From positions 3,104,001 to 3,168,000 of the forward strand of contig OY843592.1 of assembly GCA_963692865.2 (NCBI GenBank): DNA of 64,000 nucleotides. Direction: 5' to 3'. The notes beneath the pieces are model-generated. The model saw only the letters and a list, made by a program, of their open reading frames with translations, made no database searches and was not told the origin of the DNA. The DNA comes from a bacterium. GTDB lineage: Bacteria > UBA8248. A program made the position numbers and the translations under genes. Below, in pieces: positions 1 to 12,045 of this stretch (within the stretch, counting starts at the first letter, position 1; every line of letters starts with the position of its first letter).

Positions 1-370
1 TTAACACCTCTTTTGGCTTATGCCATGTGCTCAACTCAACAAACGCATCCGCACCGATAATGAAAAACATTTCGCTTCCAGGAGATGTCTTTCTCGTTAG
101 TTCCTCCAAAGTATCAAGCGTATATGATGCCCCTCCTCGCTCTACTTCGACGGGATCACATACATACGCGGGATAATCCTCCAAGGCAATCCGAACCATT
201 TCCAGCCTGTCTGCCGCCGAGGCGACTTCATCTCTCGGCTTATGAGGCGGTAAGGCAGACGGAACAAACCTGATTTCGTCAAGCAGCAGCGTTTGATGCA
301 CTTCTTCGGCGGACCGCAGGTGCCCAAAGTGAATCGGGTTAAATGTCCCGCCTAGAATCCCGGTGCGCAA
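1..370 (-). CDS. nadD: Nicotinate-nucleotide adenylyltransferase (runs off left edge; not in ORF track)
   Basis: Manual translation from TTG at 370 (AAGGAG RBS): MRTGILGGTFNPIHFGHLRSAEEV...PPHK...GGASYTLDTL...FFIIGADAF...WHKP. Confidence 0.92.
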   Translation of the reverse strand, partial: MRTGILGGTFNPIHFGHLRSAEEVHQTLLLDEIRFVPSALPPHKPRDEVASAADRLEMVRIALEDYPAYVCDPVEVERGGASYTLDTLEELTRKTSPGSEMFFIIGADAFVELSTWHKPKEVL

Positions 371-389
371 TCGCTCTCCTTGATTGTTC

Positions 390-1540
390 CTATTCTTCCT
401 CAATCAGGACAAAATTGTTCCGGTGAATGATTTCATCGTAGTCCTTACTTCCGAGAATAGAGGCGATTTCTCTAGTTTGTTTCCCGACGATGCGGGCGGC
501 ATCATCGCTTGAATAATTCGCCAAGCCGCGTCCAAATGCCACTCCCCGAGTGTCTCGTATCTCCACCACATCACCAAAACGGAAATCCCCCCCAACTGAT
601 ACGACACCACTCGGTAAGAGGCTTTTCCCTCTATTCAACATGGCGTTTACGGCGCCGTCATCCAATTTGAGCCACCCGCGGGGTTTGGCCGTGGTTCCTA
701 TCCAACCCTTTTTCCCCTTTAAGCGTGCGCCATTCGGCACAAAAAGCGTCCCCAACGGTTCACCCATCACTACACGATCGATGATATCGGGATCCCGCCC
801 TTTTACAATGAGGGTGCTAATACCCACTTTATTGAGAATATTTACGGCCTCAACCTTCGTGCGCATTCCCCCGTGAGCCAGTGGGTTCGGGCTGGCACCT
901 GCGACCGAGGCGATTTCTCTCGGCAGGCCCTCGACACGGGGGATCAAACGCGCTGTTTTCGACCGCCTGGGGTCCTCATCATACAAACCCGCTACATCCG
1001 ACAAGATAATGACAAGACCTGCTTGAACCATTTGAGCTGTTTGGGCAGCTAGTGTGTCGTTGTCTCCAAAACGGATTTCTTCAATGGAAACCGTATCGTT
1101 TTCATTCACAATTGGAAGCACGCCTTTGCCAATCAATGCCTCAAAGGTATTACAAGCGTTCAGGAATCGGCTTCTTTCATCTAAATCTGAATGGATGAGC
1201 AAAACCTGCGCCGTCTCGATGCCCTTCTGCCTAAATGCGCGGCCATATGCTTCCATCAAGATGGGCTGGCCAACGGCAGCGGCGGCTTGGCGCTCGGGAA
1301 CCGCTTTTGGAATTTCTTTAAGACCCAGCCTTTTCACACCGGCCGCAATCGCTCCAGATGAAACCATAACGACTTGCCTGCCATTTTCTCTAAGCTTCGC
1401 AACTTGGGAGGCAATGCGCCCCAAAACCCTACGGTTCAGACCCAGTTCGTCAGATGCCGTCAAAACTGAACTTCCCACTTTGACCACAATGCGTCGGCTC
1501 TTGAGTGCAGGATCATCTCTTCTAATCATCGTCTCACCCA

Positions 1541-1541
<1 letters not shown>
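390..1541 (-). CDS. proB: Glutamate 5-kinase with PUA domain
   Basis: IVVKVGSS, VSSGAIAAG, NENDTV, FGDNDTL, GGMRTK, C-terminal PUA (GKSLLPSGV). Confidence 0.95.
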
Positions 1542-2602
<1,061 letters not shown>

Positions 2603-2609
2603 TTAAAGG

Positions 2610-2867
2610 CTACTCCACCGGAATGACACTGATGATTCGGCGGCCCTTGGCTTTGCGCTCGAATTTCAATTTTCCGCTTGCCTTGGCGAAAAGGGTATGG
2701 TCATTGCCCAAACCGACATTTTCCCCCGGATGAAAAACGGTGCCGCGTTGCCTGACGAGGATGGTTCCCACATTCACGCTTTCCCCCGCAAAACGCTTAA
2801 CGCCCAAGCGGCGTCCGGCGCTATCTCGTCCATTGGATGAACTTCCACCAGCTTTTTTATGAGCCAT
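2610..2867 (-). CDS. rpmA: 50S ribosomal protein L27
   Basis: [26 protein letters not shown]. Confidence 0.98.
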   Translation of the reverse strand: MAHKKAGGSSSNGRDSAGRRLGVKRFAGESVNVGTILVRQRGTVFHPGENVGLGNDHTLFAKASGKLKFERKAKGRRIISVIPVE

Positions 2868-2879
2868 TTTCTAGTCCCT

Positions 2880-3197
2880 TCATCCTGATGTGAAGATGTC
2901 TGTCACTTCTATTTGAGTATAAGGCTGCCTGTGCCCTCGTTTGGTGCGGACTTTCTTACGGCGCTTGAAGCGAAAAGCGATGACTTTTTTTCCACGTCCA
3001 TGGTCACGAATCACCGCTCTCACTTTGGCTTTACGAAGCGCCTCTTTCTCAGTGACAACTTCTTCCCCATCCACGATAAGTCGAACATCTTCAAACTCAA
3101 CACTTTCTCCAACATTACCGGTCAAGCGCTCGACCAAGATTTGGTCCCCCGTTTCAATCCGCATCTGCTTACCACCGGTCTCTACTACTGCATACAT
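2880..3197 (-). CDS. rplU: 50S ribosomal protein L21
   Basis: MYAVVETGGKQ...KRRK...GHRQPYT. Confidence 0.98.
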   Translation of the reverse strand: MYAVVETGGKQMRIETGDQILVERLTGNVGESVEFEDVRLIVDGEEVVTEKEALRKAKVRAVIRDHGRGKKVIAFRFKRRKKVRTKRGHRQPYTQIEVTDIFTSG

Positions 3198-3349
3198 TCA
3201 ACAAATCTCCCTGATGCCCCAAATTATGCTTTGGTCTTAAAAATCAACCATTTCCCTAACTTTCGGTCGTAACGAAGAGGATATCTATCAATCCAGCCCC
3301 AAAAAGTCAATTCAAGGTCATACAAACCAATCGCCTTTTTTCGTTGCTC

Positions 3350-3748
3350 TTATTTTCTTTTCTTCTTGATTAAGCTGAAAGTCACGCGTTCGGTCCGATA
3401 CGATACGGTACGTCTTACGGGCAAATATCCCTTTTTCTGCACCGATACGGTAAAACCCTTAAAGACATCTTTCATGCCCACCTTGAATTTCAGGCGCAAA
3501 GGTGTTTTGCCTTGGTAAATGTCATTGATGAAAACATCGGCCTGTGGCGGATTCGACACAACGATCAGTTGACGATCCTTGAAGCCTTTAACCGGATTTT
3601 CAACATTTCTCTCCCACCATTTATCCATTTGCTTTCTGGTTTTGGCGCATCCCGACAGAGCCGGAAGAAGCAAGAGGAGAATGCCAAACCCCAGAAAAAG
3701 CCGGACTAACAATTTATTTCGGTTTTGTTCGTTCGATTTTCGAGACAT
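3350..3748 (-). CDS. PEGA-domain lipoprotein
   Basis: Hydrophobic signal ending LSG-C; VVSNPPQADVFIND.YQGKTPL, VQKKGY; start uncertain. Confidence 0.7.
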   Translation of the reverse strand: MSRKSNEQNRNKLLVRLFLGFGILLLLLPALSGCAKTRKQMDKWWERNVENPVKGFKDRQLIVVSNPPQADVFINDIYQGKTPLRLKFKVGMKDVFKGFTVSVQKKGYLPVRRTVSYRTERVTFSLIKKKRK

Positions 3749-3887
3749 CACGAAACCTTCAGGAAATCGGTCGTTCCCAATACTCCGCATAAGCACCGGT
3801 CATGTTAGTTTACCTGAAAATATACATCGGAAAAACTCTTCATTTTGACAATGATTCCGGCTTTATGGCAGCCGCCTTCCGCGATGG

Positions 3888-4802
3888 TCAATCGCCCACC
3901 TTCTGCCCAGACCATTCTTCAAACATTTGCAACAGTTCCGTCTGGTCCGAATCAGGGCCAAATTTTTGCACACCCAGACCGTAGATCTGACGGGCATGAT
4001 TCAAATAAAACGCCGCCACTCCATTTTCGCGCGCCAAATCGCTCCCCATCGAAAGGTCCTTGTGCATCAACCCGGTGGAAAACCCACAAGTAAAATCTCG
4101 CGGCAGGAGAAAGCGAGGCCATTTATCTCTTGTGGCGCTATTCATGCCCGAACCGCCATTGAATACTTGAAGCGCCTTTTCGGGGTCAAGACCCAACTTC
4201 GTCGCCAAAACCATGGCCTCCATCGATGAGAGCAGGCTCGTGGCGGAGAGAAAATTATTCACGCATTTCATCACATGCCCGGATTCCGGCGCTTCATCGA
4301 TATGAACGATGGTCTTGCCCAATGTTTCGAAAATCGGCATCGCCGCATCCACAATTCCTTTGGGTCCACCCGGCATAATCGCCAGAGTCGCGGCTTCCGC
4401 TCCTACGACGCCGCCCGAGACCGGCGCGCCGATAAGGCGCAGGCCCTTTTCTTCCACCCGCGAGGCAAGGGTTCGCGTCCTCGTGGGATAGGAAGAACTC
4501 ATATCGATTATCAATTTCCCCTTATCCAGGTGCGTGGATATTCCATCCGGCCCATCGACCACTTTATCCACGACATTGCTATCGGGCAACATCGTGATGA
4601 CGACATCGACGCGCCTCGCCAGATCGGACAAACTATCAGCCCCTTGCACACCATCGTCTCTTAATGCCTCGACATTGTCCGGTCTCGTGTCATAGGCCAC
4701 GACCGCGTAATCGCCACGCCTCAGATTTTTTGACATGGGGGTGCCCATTTTTCCTATACCGACGAAACCGATTTTTACGCTGCCTGGCTCTAGGGTTTTC
4801 AT
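3888..4802 (-). CDS. NAD(P)-dependent oxidoreductase, 3-hydroxyisobutyrate dehydrogenase family
   Basis: IGFVGIGKMG, APVSGG, MKCVNN, HKDL. Confidence 0.88.
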   Translation of the reverse strand: MKTLEPGSVKIGFVGIGKMGTPMSKNLRRGDYAVVAYDTRPDNVEALRDDGVQGADSLSDLARRVDVVITMLPDSNVVDKVVDGPDGISTHLDKGKLIIDMSSSYPTRTRTLASRVEEKGLRLIGAPVSGGVVGAEAATLAIMPGGPKGIVDAAMPIFETLGKTIVHIDEAPESGHVMKCVNNFLSATSLLSSMEAMVLATKLGLDPEKALQVFNGGSGMNSATRDKWPRFLLPRDFTCGFSTGLMHKDLSMGSDLARENGVAAFYLNHARQIYGLGVQKFGPDSDQTELLQMFEEWSGQKVGD

Positions 4803-4978
4803 AATTTCCTCGCTATCTGAAAACTGGTTGTAGAAGACGCCATCAATTGTTTAGGTGTTTTTGATTCGCCCGAAGGTTTTTGTCAATCCCCAACCGGAGT
4901 GGTAAGCTTCTTCATGCTTTTAAGCTTCTCTCATCAGCCCGCCCTTGATTTTCCATATGCCGTTCAAGGAGATCCGAA

Positions 4979-5704
4979 ATGGCGCCGATTTCGGCGGATG
5001 ATGTTGTATGTTATCTGGAAGAGAATCCTGGTTTCTTCATCGAACATCCGGACTCGCTTCGTCAAAGCGGCCTGCTGACGCAAGACAGCCCTTCGGCAAA
5101 GGTGCTCAACTTGCGAGACAAGCTTTTCGACCGCCTGAAAGGCGAGAGAGAAGATTTGATAAGGCTCCTCGATGAGACGATAGAAATCGTTCGCCAGAAT
5201 GAACAGATCGAAAAAGACTTCATCGCCATTGAACAACTGCTCTTTGAGCAGCCGCCCTCGTTTGCGAGCCTTTCGGAAATCGTGAAAAACATCGAATCGC
5301 GCTTTGGCATAGAATACGCGGGTTTCTTGCTTCTGGAGCCCACCGACGGCATTCCGGTGATCGCCGCGAAACCGGACGAATCATCCCGCATTCGCCCACT
5401 CGGCAAAATAGAAGAAGAACTCGTTCCCATGGAGGGGGGAGTCGAGCTCAAAGGCAAACTGGAAGGAGGCGGAGGCCCGTTGTTTCCAGATACGTTGAAC
5501 CAGAAAATACAATCAACCGCTATTGTTCCTTTAGAAATCCATGAGAAAAAAATCGGCTTCCTCATATTGGGTTCGAAAGACCCCGAACGATATCAGGAAG
5601 GGATGGCGACCCACCTCCTCAGACGCCTCGCCATGCGTTTGGCCCTGGGGATTTCCATTTTCCAGCGATTCAACAACGGAAAAACGGCCAAAACGAACCC
5701 CTGA
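4979..5704 (+). CDS. DUF484 (YigA-like) GAF-fold protein
   Basis: VVCYLEENPGFFIEHP N-terminus; LGSKDPERYQEGMATHLL C-terminus. Confidence 0.8.
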   Translation: MAPISADDVVCYLEENPGFFIEHPDSLRQSGLLTQDSPSAKVLNLRDKLFDRLKGEREDLIRLLDETIEIVRQNEQIEKDFIAIEQLLFEQPPSFASLSEIVKNIESRFGIEYAGFLLLEPTDGIPVIAAKPDESSRIRPLGKIEEELVPMEGGVELKGKLEGGGGPLFPDTLNQKIQSTAIVPLEIHEKKIGFLILGSKDPERYQEGMATHLLRRLAMRLALGISIFQRFNNGKTAKTNP

Positions 5705-5751
5705 AGCCGAGCATCACATCGCCATGAGCCTTCCCGGCCTCCGGTGGCTCT

Positions 5752-7143
5752 TCAAGCCGGAACACGCTCCGCCTTGGAGACAAGCTCCATCACCTCGGTG
5801 ATGCTGTTGAGATTTTCCAGATTCCTCACCCGCTCGATGAGCAACGCGCCCGTTTCCTTTTCGAGCGCAGGGGCCGTCATCACGTGGAATCGTTCGATTA
5901 ACTCATCCCAGGTCAACGGATTGCGCGAATCCCCCTTGGGATAATCCTGATGCGCCTCGAAAACGCCTCGATCCGTCTCGATCTCGACATGCGCCTGCCA
6001 TTTATCCGGAAATTCCTTTTCCATTTCGGCGTCGCCGCAGCATTCGATCTTCTTGATGATTGAAGAGTAAACCTGGGAGCGGAGGAAATCGTCGGCATAC
6101 TCGTCAAGCCCCGCGGCGCGCCTGAGTATCGCCACCGCCACGGCGTATTGGAGGCTGAACTGCGCGTCAACGATGTTTTGCGGATTCGTTTTCATGTCAT
6201 AGGGCTCGATGACCACCATCACGCTCGTCTCGGGGACCCGGACTTTCACCCGCCTGATTTCCTCGGGCCGTATGTCATGCGCTTTGCAAACTTCGATCGT
6301 GGCGTCAATCGAAGCATGGTTATAGCGGCAACATGCGTAGGGCTTTATGGCGCTCTCGCAGATTTCCCAATACTCGCCGAAGCGCTCGACCACGTACTCG
6401 GGCGTATAATCATCGCTATGGCCGTGCAAAAATCCCGTTTTCCCGCCCAGAATATCTTCCGGCCCCGTATAGCCTTCCTGCGCCAGATAGGCGGCGATGA
6501 TGCCGCTGTGCGCAGCCCACCCCGGGTGGAACCTCTTCGTCCAGGCCCCGTTGTCGAGGTATTGCATCGAACCCGCCGCCTGGCTGCCCGCGATGCCCAT
6601 CGCATTGGCGGTGGCCTCGACGGACAGCCCCAACAGCTTCGCTGCCGTGATCGCGGAAGCGAATGTGCCGCACGTGCCCGTAGGATGGAATCCGCGCTCG
6701 TAGTGGCTCGTCGGGTTCACGGCGTTTCCGATGCGATTGGTGACCTCGTAACCCGCCACGATGGCGGCGATGACCCGTTTCGGATCGGGTTGATGCGCCT
6801 CGGCGACCGCCAACGTGCTGGGCATGACGCTGACCGCGGGATGCAGGCTCGAGCGCGTGGTCACGTCATCCATTTCCGTGGCGTGGCTCACGCCGCCGTT
6901 CACCAGCGCGGCATGGGGGGCATCGGTTTTCAAATCCGAGCCGACGATGGTGCACGGCCCGCCGCCGGGCGCGCGCTTTCGGGCGAAATTGTGAAATACC
7001 CGGGAACTGGCCGCTTCCACCGCTCTCAAGGTAACGCCGAAGTGATCGAGCAGAAAATACTTCGCGCGCTCCCTGGCCTCCTCGGGCAGAGATTCGTATG
7101 TAACTGCGTGAACGTGCTCCACAAGCATCCGGCTGATATTCAT
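5752..7143 (-). CDS. MmgE/PrpD family protein
   Basis: NGGVSHATEMDD, GFHPTG, KRFHPG, KPYACC, QFSLQY; start reassigned to ATG 7143 (AAGGAG). Confidence 0.9.
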   Translation of the reverse strand: MNISRMLVEHVHAVTYESLPEEARERAKYFLLDHFGVTLRAVEAASSRVFHNFARKRAPGGGPCTIVGSDLKTDAPHAALVNGGVSHATEMDDVTTRSSLHPAVSVMPSTLAVAEAHQPDPKRVIAAIVAGYEVTNRIGNAVNPTSHYERGFHPTGTCGTFASAITAAKLLGLSVEATANAMGIAGSQAAGSMQYLDNGAWTKRFHPGWAAHSGIIAAYLAQEGYTGPEDILGGKTGFLHGHSDDYTPEYVVERFGEYWEICESAIKPYACCRYNHASIDATIEVCKAHDIRPEEIRRVKVRVPETSVMVVIEPYDMKTNPQNIVDAQFSLQYAVAVAILRRAAGLDEYADDFLRSQVYSSIIKKIECCGDAEMEKEFPDKWQAHVEIETDRGVFEAHQDYPKGDSRNPLTWDELIERFHVMTAPALEKETGALLIERVRNLENLNSITEVMELVSKAERVPA

Positions 7144-7369
7144 TCGAACTTCTCCTTCACTGAACCAGGCGTGTGATTCTTGGGTTTGCGCCTGCGCAGG
7201 CATTCTCCACAACCCGGGAAATCATCGTAGAACTCGCATATATCTCCTCCCGGCGCAAGGGCGGACGAGCCGCGCAAAGCCCCCGGGAGGCGGATGGGTT
7301 TGTCATAACGCACCCTTGCGGATAGAATTCGACATCATTTTCGCGTCCTCCCCGTTTTGGAGACATGAA

Positions 7370-7714
7370 ATGCAATCCTGCATTTTCTGCAAAATCGTAG
7401 CGGGCGATATCCCCTGCAAGAAAGTGTATGAAGACGACGCGCTGTTCGCATTCGAAGACGTCAACCCGGCGGCGCCCACGCATATACTCATCATCCCGAA
7501 AAGGCACATGGAGACGCTCCACGAAATCCAGGACGCGGACAGGGAGCTGATCGGGTCGATATTCGTTGCGGCGAACGAGATCGCCCGCAGACGGGGAATC
7601 GCGCAAGAAGGTTTTCGGATCGTCGCGAATTGCGGAGAAAACGGAGGCCAGACCGTCTTTCACATCCACTTCCACCTCCTGGGCGGGCGCCGCATGGAAT
7701 GGCCGCCGGGCTAG
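7370..7714 (+). CDS. hinT: Histidine triad nucleotide-binding protein
   Basis: CIFCKIV, GQTVFHIHFHLLGGR..WPPG. Confidence 0.92.
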   Translation: MQSCIFCKIVAGDIPCKKVYEDDALFAFEDVNPAAPTHILIIPKRHMETLHEIQDADRELIGSIFVAANEIARRRGIAQEGFRIVANCGENGGQTVFHIHFHLLGGRRMEWPPG

Positions 7715-7822
7715 CGGAGGAGCCTTCACGGCCCGCCCCCTGAATTGACCGATATCGAAGCATGGCCCCTCGTGTCCTGACCCCGCGCGGAGGCGGCTTA
7801 GGCGGGAAGGATTCGCCGCGCC

Positions 7823-8884
7823 CTAGGCCACCCAGCCCCCGCCGTAGAGCACTTCGCCGGAATAGAAAACCGCCGCCTGGCCCGGCGCCACGGCGCCCAG
7901 ACACGCGGGGTCATGGGGCCTGATTTCGACGATTCCCCCGCCTTTGAGAGCCACTTCGCAGGGCGCCGCGCGGCCCCGGTGCCTCACCTGCACTTCCAGT
8001 GCGGCGGATTCGGGGGGAATCGACCAGCGCACGTCCCTGGCGGAGAAAACCTCGCGCGCGAGGGCTTCGCGCCCGCCCACCACCACGGTGGCCGAATCCG
8101 CTTCGAGCTCCACCACGTAGCGCGGCGGGCCGCCGCCCAGGTCCAGACCCCGCCTCTGCCCCACGGTGAAGTTGGTCACCCCGCCGTGCCTGCCGAGCAC
8201 GTTCCCCGCGAGGTCCACGATGTCGCCCGGCCTGTCGATCCCCGGTTTCTCGCTCTTGAGAAAGGCGCGGTAGTCGTCTTTCGGAACGAAGCATATCTCC
8301 TGGCTCTCGGGCTTCTCCGCCGTGGCGAGGCCCAGTTTTCGGGCGTATTCCCGCGTTCGCTCCTTCGTGAACTCCCCCAGGGGGAACGCGGTCCGCGCGA
8401 GTTGTTCCTGCGTCATGCCGAAGAGGAAGTAGGTCTGGTCCTTCTCCGTATCGAGGCTCCGCGCGACGCTCAGGCGGCCGTTCACCTCCACCCTTCTGGC
8501 GTAATGGCCCGTGACGAGCAGTTCCGCCCCGAACGCCATCGCGCGCGCGGCGAGATAATCGAACTTCACCACCTGGTTGCACTTGACGCAGGGCACGGGC
8601 GTTCTGCCGCTCTCGTATTCGGAGACGAAGTCCTCGATCACGCTCTCCCTGAAGGATTCGCGCACGTCCATCACGTAGAAGGGAATGTCGAGCTGGGCCG
8701 CCACCGCGCGCGCGTCGGCCAGGTCGCGCGGCGCGCAGCAGCCCCTGTGGAAGGATTCCTGCGCGGGCCTGTCGGCGAGGCGCAGCCCCACGCCGATGGT
8801 CTCATGGCCGGCCTCCGCCATGAGGGCGGCGGCGGCCGAAGAGTCCACCCCGCCGCTCATCGCCACCACCACGCGCTTCGCCAT
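7823..8884 (-). CDS. mnmA: tRNA-specific 2-thiouridylase
   Basis: [51 protein letters not shown]. Confidence 0.96.
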   Translation of the reverse strand: MAKRVVVAMSGGVDSSAAAALMAEAGHETIGVGLRLADRPAQESFHRGCCAPRDLADARAVAAQLDIPFYVMDVRESFRESVIEDFVSEYESGRTPVPCVKCNQVVKFDYLAARAMAFGAELLVTGHYARRVEVNGRLSVARSLDTEKDQTYFLFGMTQEQLARTAFPLGEFTKERTREYARKLGLATAEKPESQEICFVPKDDYRAFLKSEKPGIDRPGDIVDLAGNVLGRHGGVTNFTVGQRRGLDLGGGPPRYVVELEADSATVVVGGREALAREVFSARDVRWSIPPESAALEVQVRHRGRAAPCEVALKGGGIVEIRPHDPACLGAVAPGQAAVFYSGEVLYGGGWVA

Positions 8885-9196
8885 CGCCGCCTCCGGGGTA
8901 CGCCGTCCATATCCGGGCCACGTTATACACCACCCGCGTCAGTCGAGGCCACAGGGCGTGGGGCCCCTTGGGAGGAAATGCGCGCGGATGCGGGCAAATG
9001 CGCGGGTCCGAAAAAAATTTTATTTCCTGTAAAATTCGATGAAATCGTCATGTTCCGTCTTATGGTTACGATATAAATCATTGAAATAGAAAAGATTTTC
9101 GTCTCCAATACCTTACCGTCCGTTTTCAGGAATTTATCCAAAAACCCCCTGAATTTATACAATTTTATCCGAAATAGGATTATTTTCATTTTCGTT

Positions 9197-9329
9197 TGAC
9201 AGGGGGCTTTGGTTTTTCTTGCCCCCCTGACAAGGGGGGGTGCCTTCGATGAGGGGGTCGGGGGGTTCGCGCGGAAGCGGCCTGCCCGCTAAAGGCGATG
9301 CCCCCGACGAGGGAGTTTTCAACAACCCC
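9197..9329. repeat. Palindromic CCCCCT(T)GAC/GTCAAGGGG-type repeat ending in an IS-like terminal repeat
   Basis: GAGTTTTCAACAACCCC at 9313-9329; related to 32822-32990 and 35073-35150. Confidence 0.5.
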
Positions 9330-9675
9330 GAAAAAGGTGTGTCGAACGCGACCGGAGAAGGAACGCTCGAAACCTTCACTCTCGCCCCGCCGCCTGCTTT
9401 CCATGAGAAAACCCCCTCTCCTTCCGGTCAATCCCGATTGATGAACGAGGGATTGCTCCAACCGGGAAGCGGAAAACCGCTCCCCCGCGCCGCGCGCACG
9501 ATACCGCAGCCCGCGCCTCGGGCGAGCACGGCAATTGCGGGGAAATGCGTGGCCGGGCGTGATTCGGGCATTTCCCGAAAAAAAGCGGTAAACCGCCGAC
9601 CGGACACAGACGAAACGCCGGGCGAATCGGGGGGTTTTCCTGAACAAAAGGCGAGGCTGGCCGGGACGCATCTAT

Positions 9676-9900
9676 GGGGTTGCTGAAAAGTCCTGTTTGC
9701 GTGATTCGGCGCATGTAATCGACAGACGAGAGAGGAGATGCACTCCCCCCTTGAGGGTCGGTGCAGGGGCCGCATATCATGCGGCCCGGCTTTTTCGCCC
9801 TTCGGCGGCGGGCCGCATGATATGTCGGGCATATATGTCCGACCTGCAAAACCATCGCCCCCTTTTGCCCATGCTCGTCATTCCGGCGCACGCCGGAATC
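9676..9900. repeat. Repeat island: IS-like TIR, CACTCCCCCCTTGAGGG end, GTAG-type REP doublet, GTCATTCCGGCG..GCCGGAAT palindrome
   Basis: Direct reading; 9676-9848 is an imperfect inverted copy of 12283-12431. Confidence 0.75.
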
Positions 9901-10225
9901 TGGAGCCGACGGGAGTGGCGACGCGGCGGCTGTTCATCCCCTTCTCATAATTGGAAACGAAGCAGAAAAACAAAGACGAAACCTTTTTGTCCATTCCCTT
10001 GAAATCCGGCAGATTCCTTACTAAACCGCTGCTCGGGGCCGGACTGAACGGCTGGCGGATCAGGGGAAAAACCGATATGCTTTTGACGTGGAACAGATGG
10101 CGTCCTTCTCTTTTTCAGACATGGACGTAGCTTAACGCCGCCTTCCCCCGGAACGGCAACGCGTTATGCTATTCAGGATTCGGTGCAGGTCGAAAAGTTG
10201 GGGCTCATCACAGTGAACGGAGGCG

Positions 10226-11347
10226 ATGATGTTCAAACGACTCTACATCGACAACTACAGGTGTCTGGTTAATTTTGACTTGCCTTTGCAGGAAATGACG
10301 TTACTCCTGGGACGTAATGGTACCGGGAAAACCTCTATCCTGGACGTCATGTACGCCCTGCGTGAGCTATTGAGCGGCAGGGTAAAAATTTCAGATCAAT
10401 TTATATTCCCATCACGCACCCTGACGGGATGGCAATCCAACAATTTTCAAACATTCGAAATCGAGGTGCAAATTCACGAGGATGTTTTGGTCTACAGGCT
10501 CGAAATCGACCAAGACGCCACTAACGATATATCCCGAATTTCCCGGGAAATTCTTTCTTCTAAAGATGGGCAACCGCTGTTCAAGTTCGAGCATGGCGAT
10601 GTGCATCTTTTTCGTGATGATCATTCGGAAGGTCCGACTTATAAGACGGATTGGACTGAATCTGCTTTGGCGCGCGTTGCTCCCGGCGATAGCAACTCAC
10701 GGCTCACCAGATTCCTTGAAACCATGCGCAATGTGATAATTTGTGGATTATATCCGGCAAATTTCGAACCCGAATACACTCGCCACGAGCTGATGTTGGC
10801 GAGAAACGCGCAAAATTTTAGTTCTTGGTATCAACATCTTCAGTTGGAACAGCCCGGAAAAGTCGAGATATTCAGAAATACCCTCAGGTCTATAATCGAC
10901 GGTTTTGATGGAATAAGATTAGAGAAAGTCGGTATCAGTTCCCGTGCTTTTATGATGGACTTTAGAGAAAATGGGAGAGAATACAGTCTCGCTTTGGATG
11001 AAATTTCTGATGGGCAACGGGCATTAACGGCTCTATATGCGCTCGTTCATTTATCCTCTGGATTAGGATACATTCTTTTTCTGGACGAACCGGAAAATTA
11101 TCTGGCGTTAGCGGAGATTCAACCTTGGCTGATGGAGCTGTCTGAACATTGTGGTGAAGAAATACCGCAGGCCGTGCTTTGCTCTCATCATCCCGAATTG
11201 ATCGATTATCTAGGATATTCACATGGCGTTTCGCTTTCTCGGGAGAGGTCCGGAGCAGCGAAGTGGATGGATATCTCCGAATACGAATCACCTGCGGCGG
11301 AGGGGCTCAAATTGTCAGAGATTATTGCCAGAGGATGGGAAAGTTGA
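10226..11347 (+). CDS. ABC-type ATPase (AAA_15/AAA_21-like), putative defence sensor
   Basis: Walker A GRNGTGKT, signature ISDGQR, Walker B LFLDEPEN, H-loop SHHP; low GC. Confidence 0.85.
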   Translation: MMFKRLYIDNYRCLVNFDLPLQEMTLLLGRNGTGKTSILDVMYALRELLSGRVKISDQFIFPSRTLTGWQSNNFQTFEIEVQIHEDVLVYRLEIDQDATNDISRISREILSSKDGQPLFKFEHGDVHLFRDDHSEGPTYKTDWTESALARVAPGDSNSRLTRFLETMRNVIICGLYPANFEPEYTRHELMLARNAQNFSSWYQHLQLEQPGKVEIFRNTLRSIIDGFDGIRLEKVGISSRAFMMDFRENGREYSLALDEISDGQRALTALYALVHLSSGLGYILFLDEPENYLALAEIQPWLMELSEHCGEEIPQAVLCSHHPELIDYLGYSHGVSLSRERSGAAKWMDISEYESPAAEGLKLSEIIARGWES

Positions 11348-11886
11348 AGCGGCAAGCCGAACTTATCCTGCTCTGTGAAGATCAGCAACAAAAAACCTTC
11401 TTGACCCGTTTCTTCAAATCCATGGGATGGGAAAGCAGAAAACTCAGAGTCGAATCTTAGCCGCTTGGAAAGGGTTCCGCCGAGCAATTCGTACGTGAGA
11501 GATTCCCGGTGGAACTCAAAGCATACCGGCAGCGTAGAGATCACATTAATTGCAAGCTTGCCGTAATGCTCGATGGAGACAACCGCGGTCTTAATGTCAG
11601 GTTGAGAGGTCTCGAAAGCGCTTGCCGGCAGGTCTCGGTAGAGCCAAGAAAAAACGATGACCAAGTCGCCGTATTCGTTCCGACCTGGCGTATCGAGACG
11701 TGGTTCGCCTATCTCGACGGAGAAACGGTTGACGAAACAATACGCAATTATCCCCGCCTTGAGCGGCCTGGAGAATGTCAGCGCCATGTGGACGCTCTAA
11801 AGCAAATGTGCCTCGAAGGGCGTTTGCGTAACCCGTCCCCTCCATCTTTGGATGCTGCATGCCGGGAATATCGAACGCTCGGATAA
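11344..11886 (+). pseudogene. TOPRIM-like (DUF4276/RloB-like) nuclease interrupted by in-frame TAG at 11458-11460
   Basis: ORFs 11179-11460 and 11509-11886 share a frame: LILLCEDQQQ..RVES*PLGKGSAEQFVRERFPVELK..MLDGD..WRIETW; TTGA overlap with ATPase stop. Confidence 0.7.
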
Positions 11887-12045
11887 CGAGATTGAATTGC
11901 GCGAAAATTCCGTTTTTGTCCCTGCGCTTCGCTTCGAGGTTTTCTCATGTCTGGATCCGCGGCTCCGACCACGTTTCGCCCCTGACCGCCGCTCAGCCTC
12001 ACCCCGACTGCCGAGGGACCTATCGAAGGGCGGGAGGAGCGGATA

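Noticed and set aside
9186-10002. ORFs across the repeat-rich intergenic region, and N-terminal extensions into repeats at 23058-23303 and 24909-25055
   Set aside because: They translate palindromic repeat sequence. Better starts with RBS exist downstream.
11458-11460. Pyrrolysine decoding of the in-frame TAG
   Set aside because: No pyl genes or methylamine-methyltransferase context in the window. A nonsense mutation or error is simpler.
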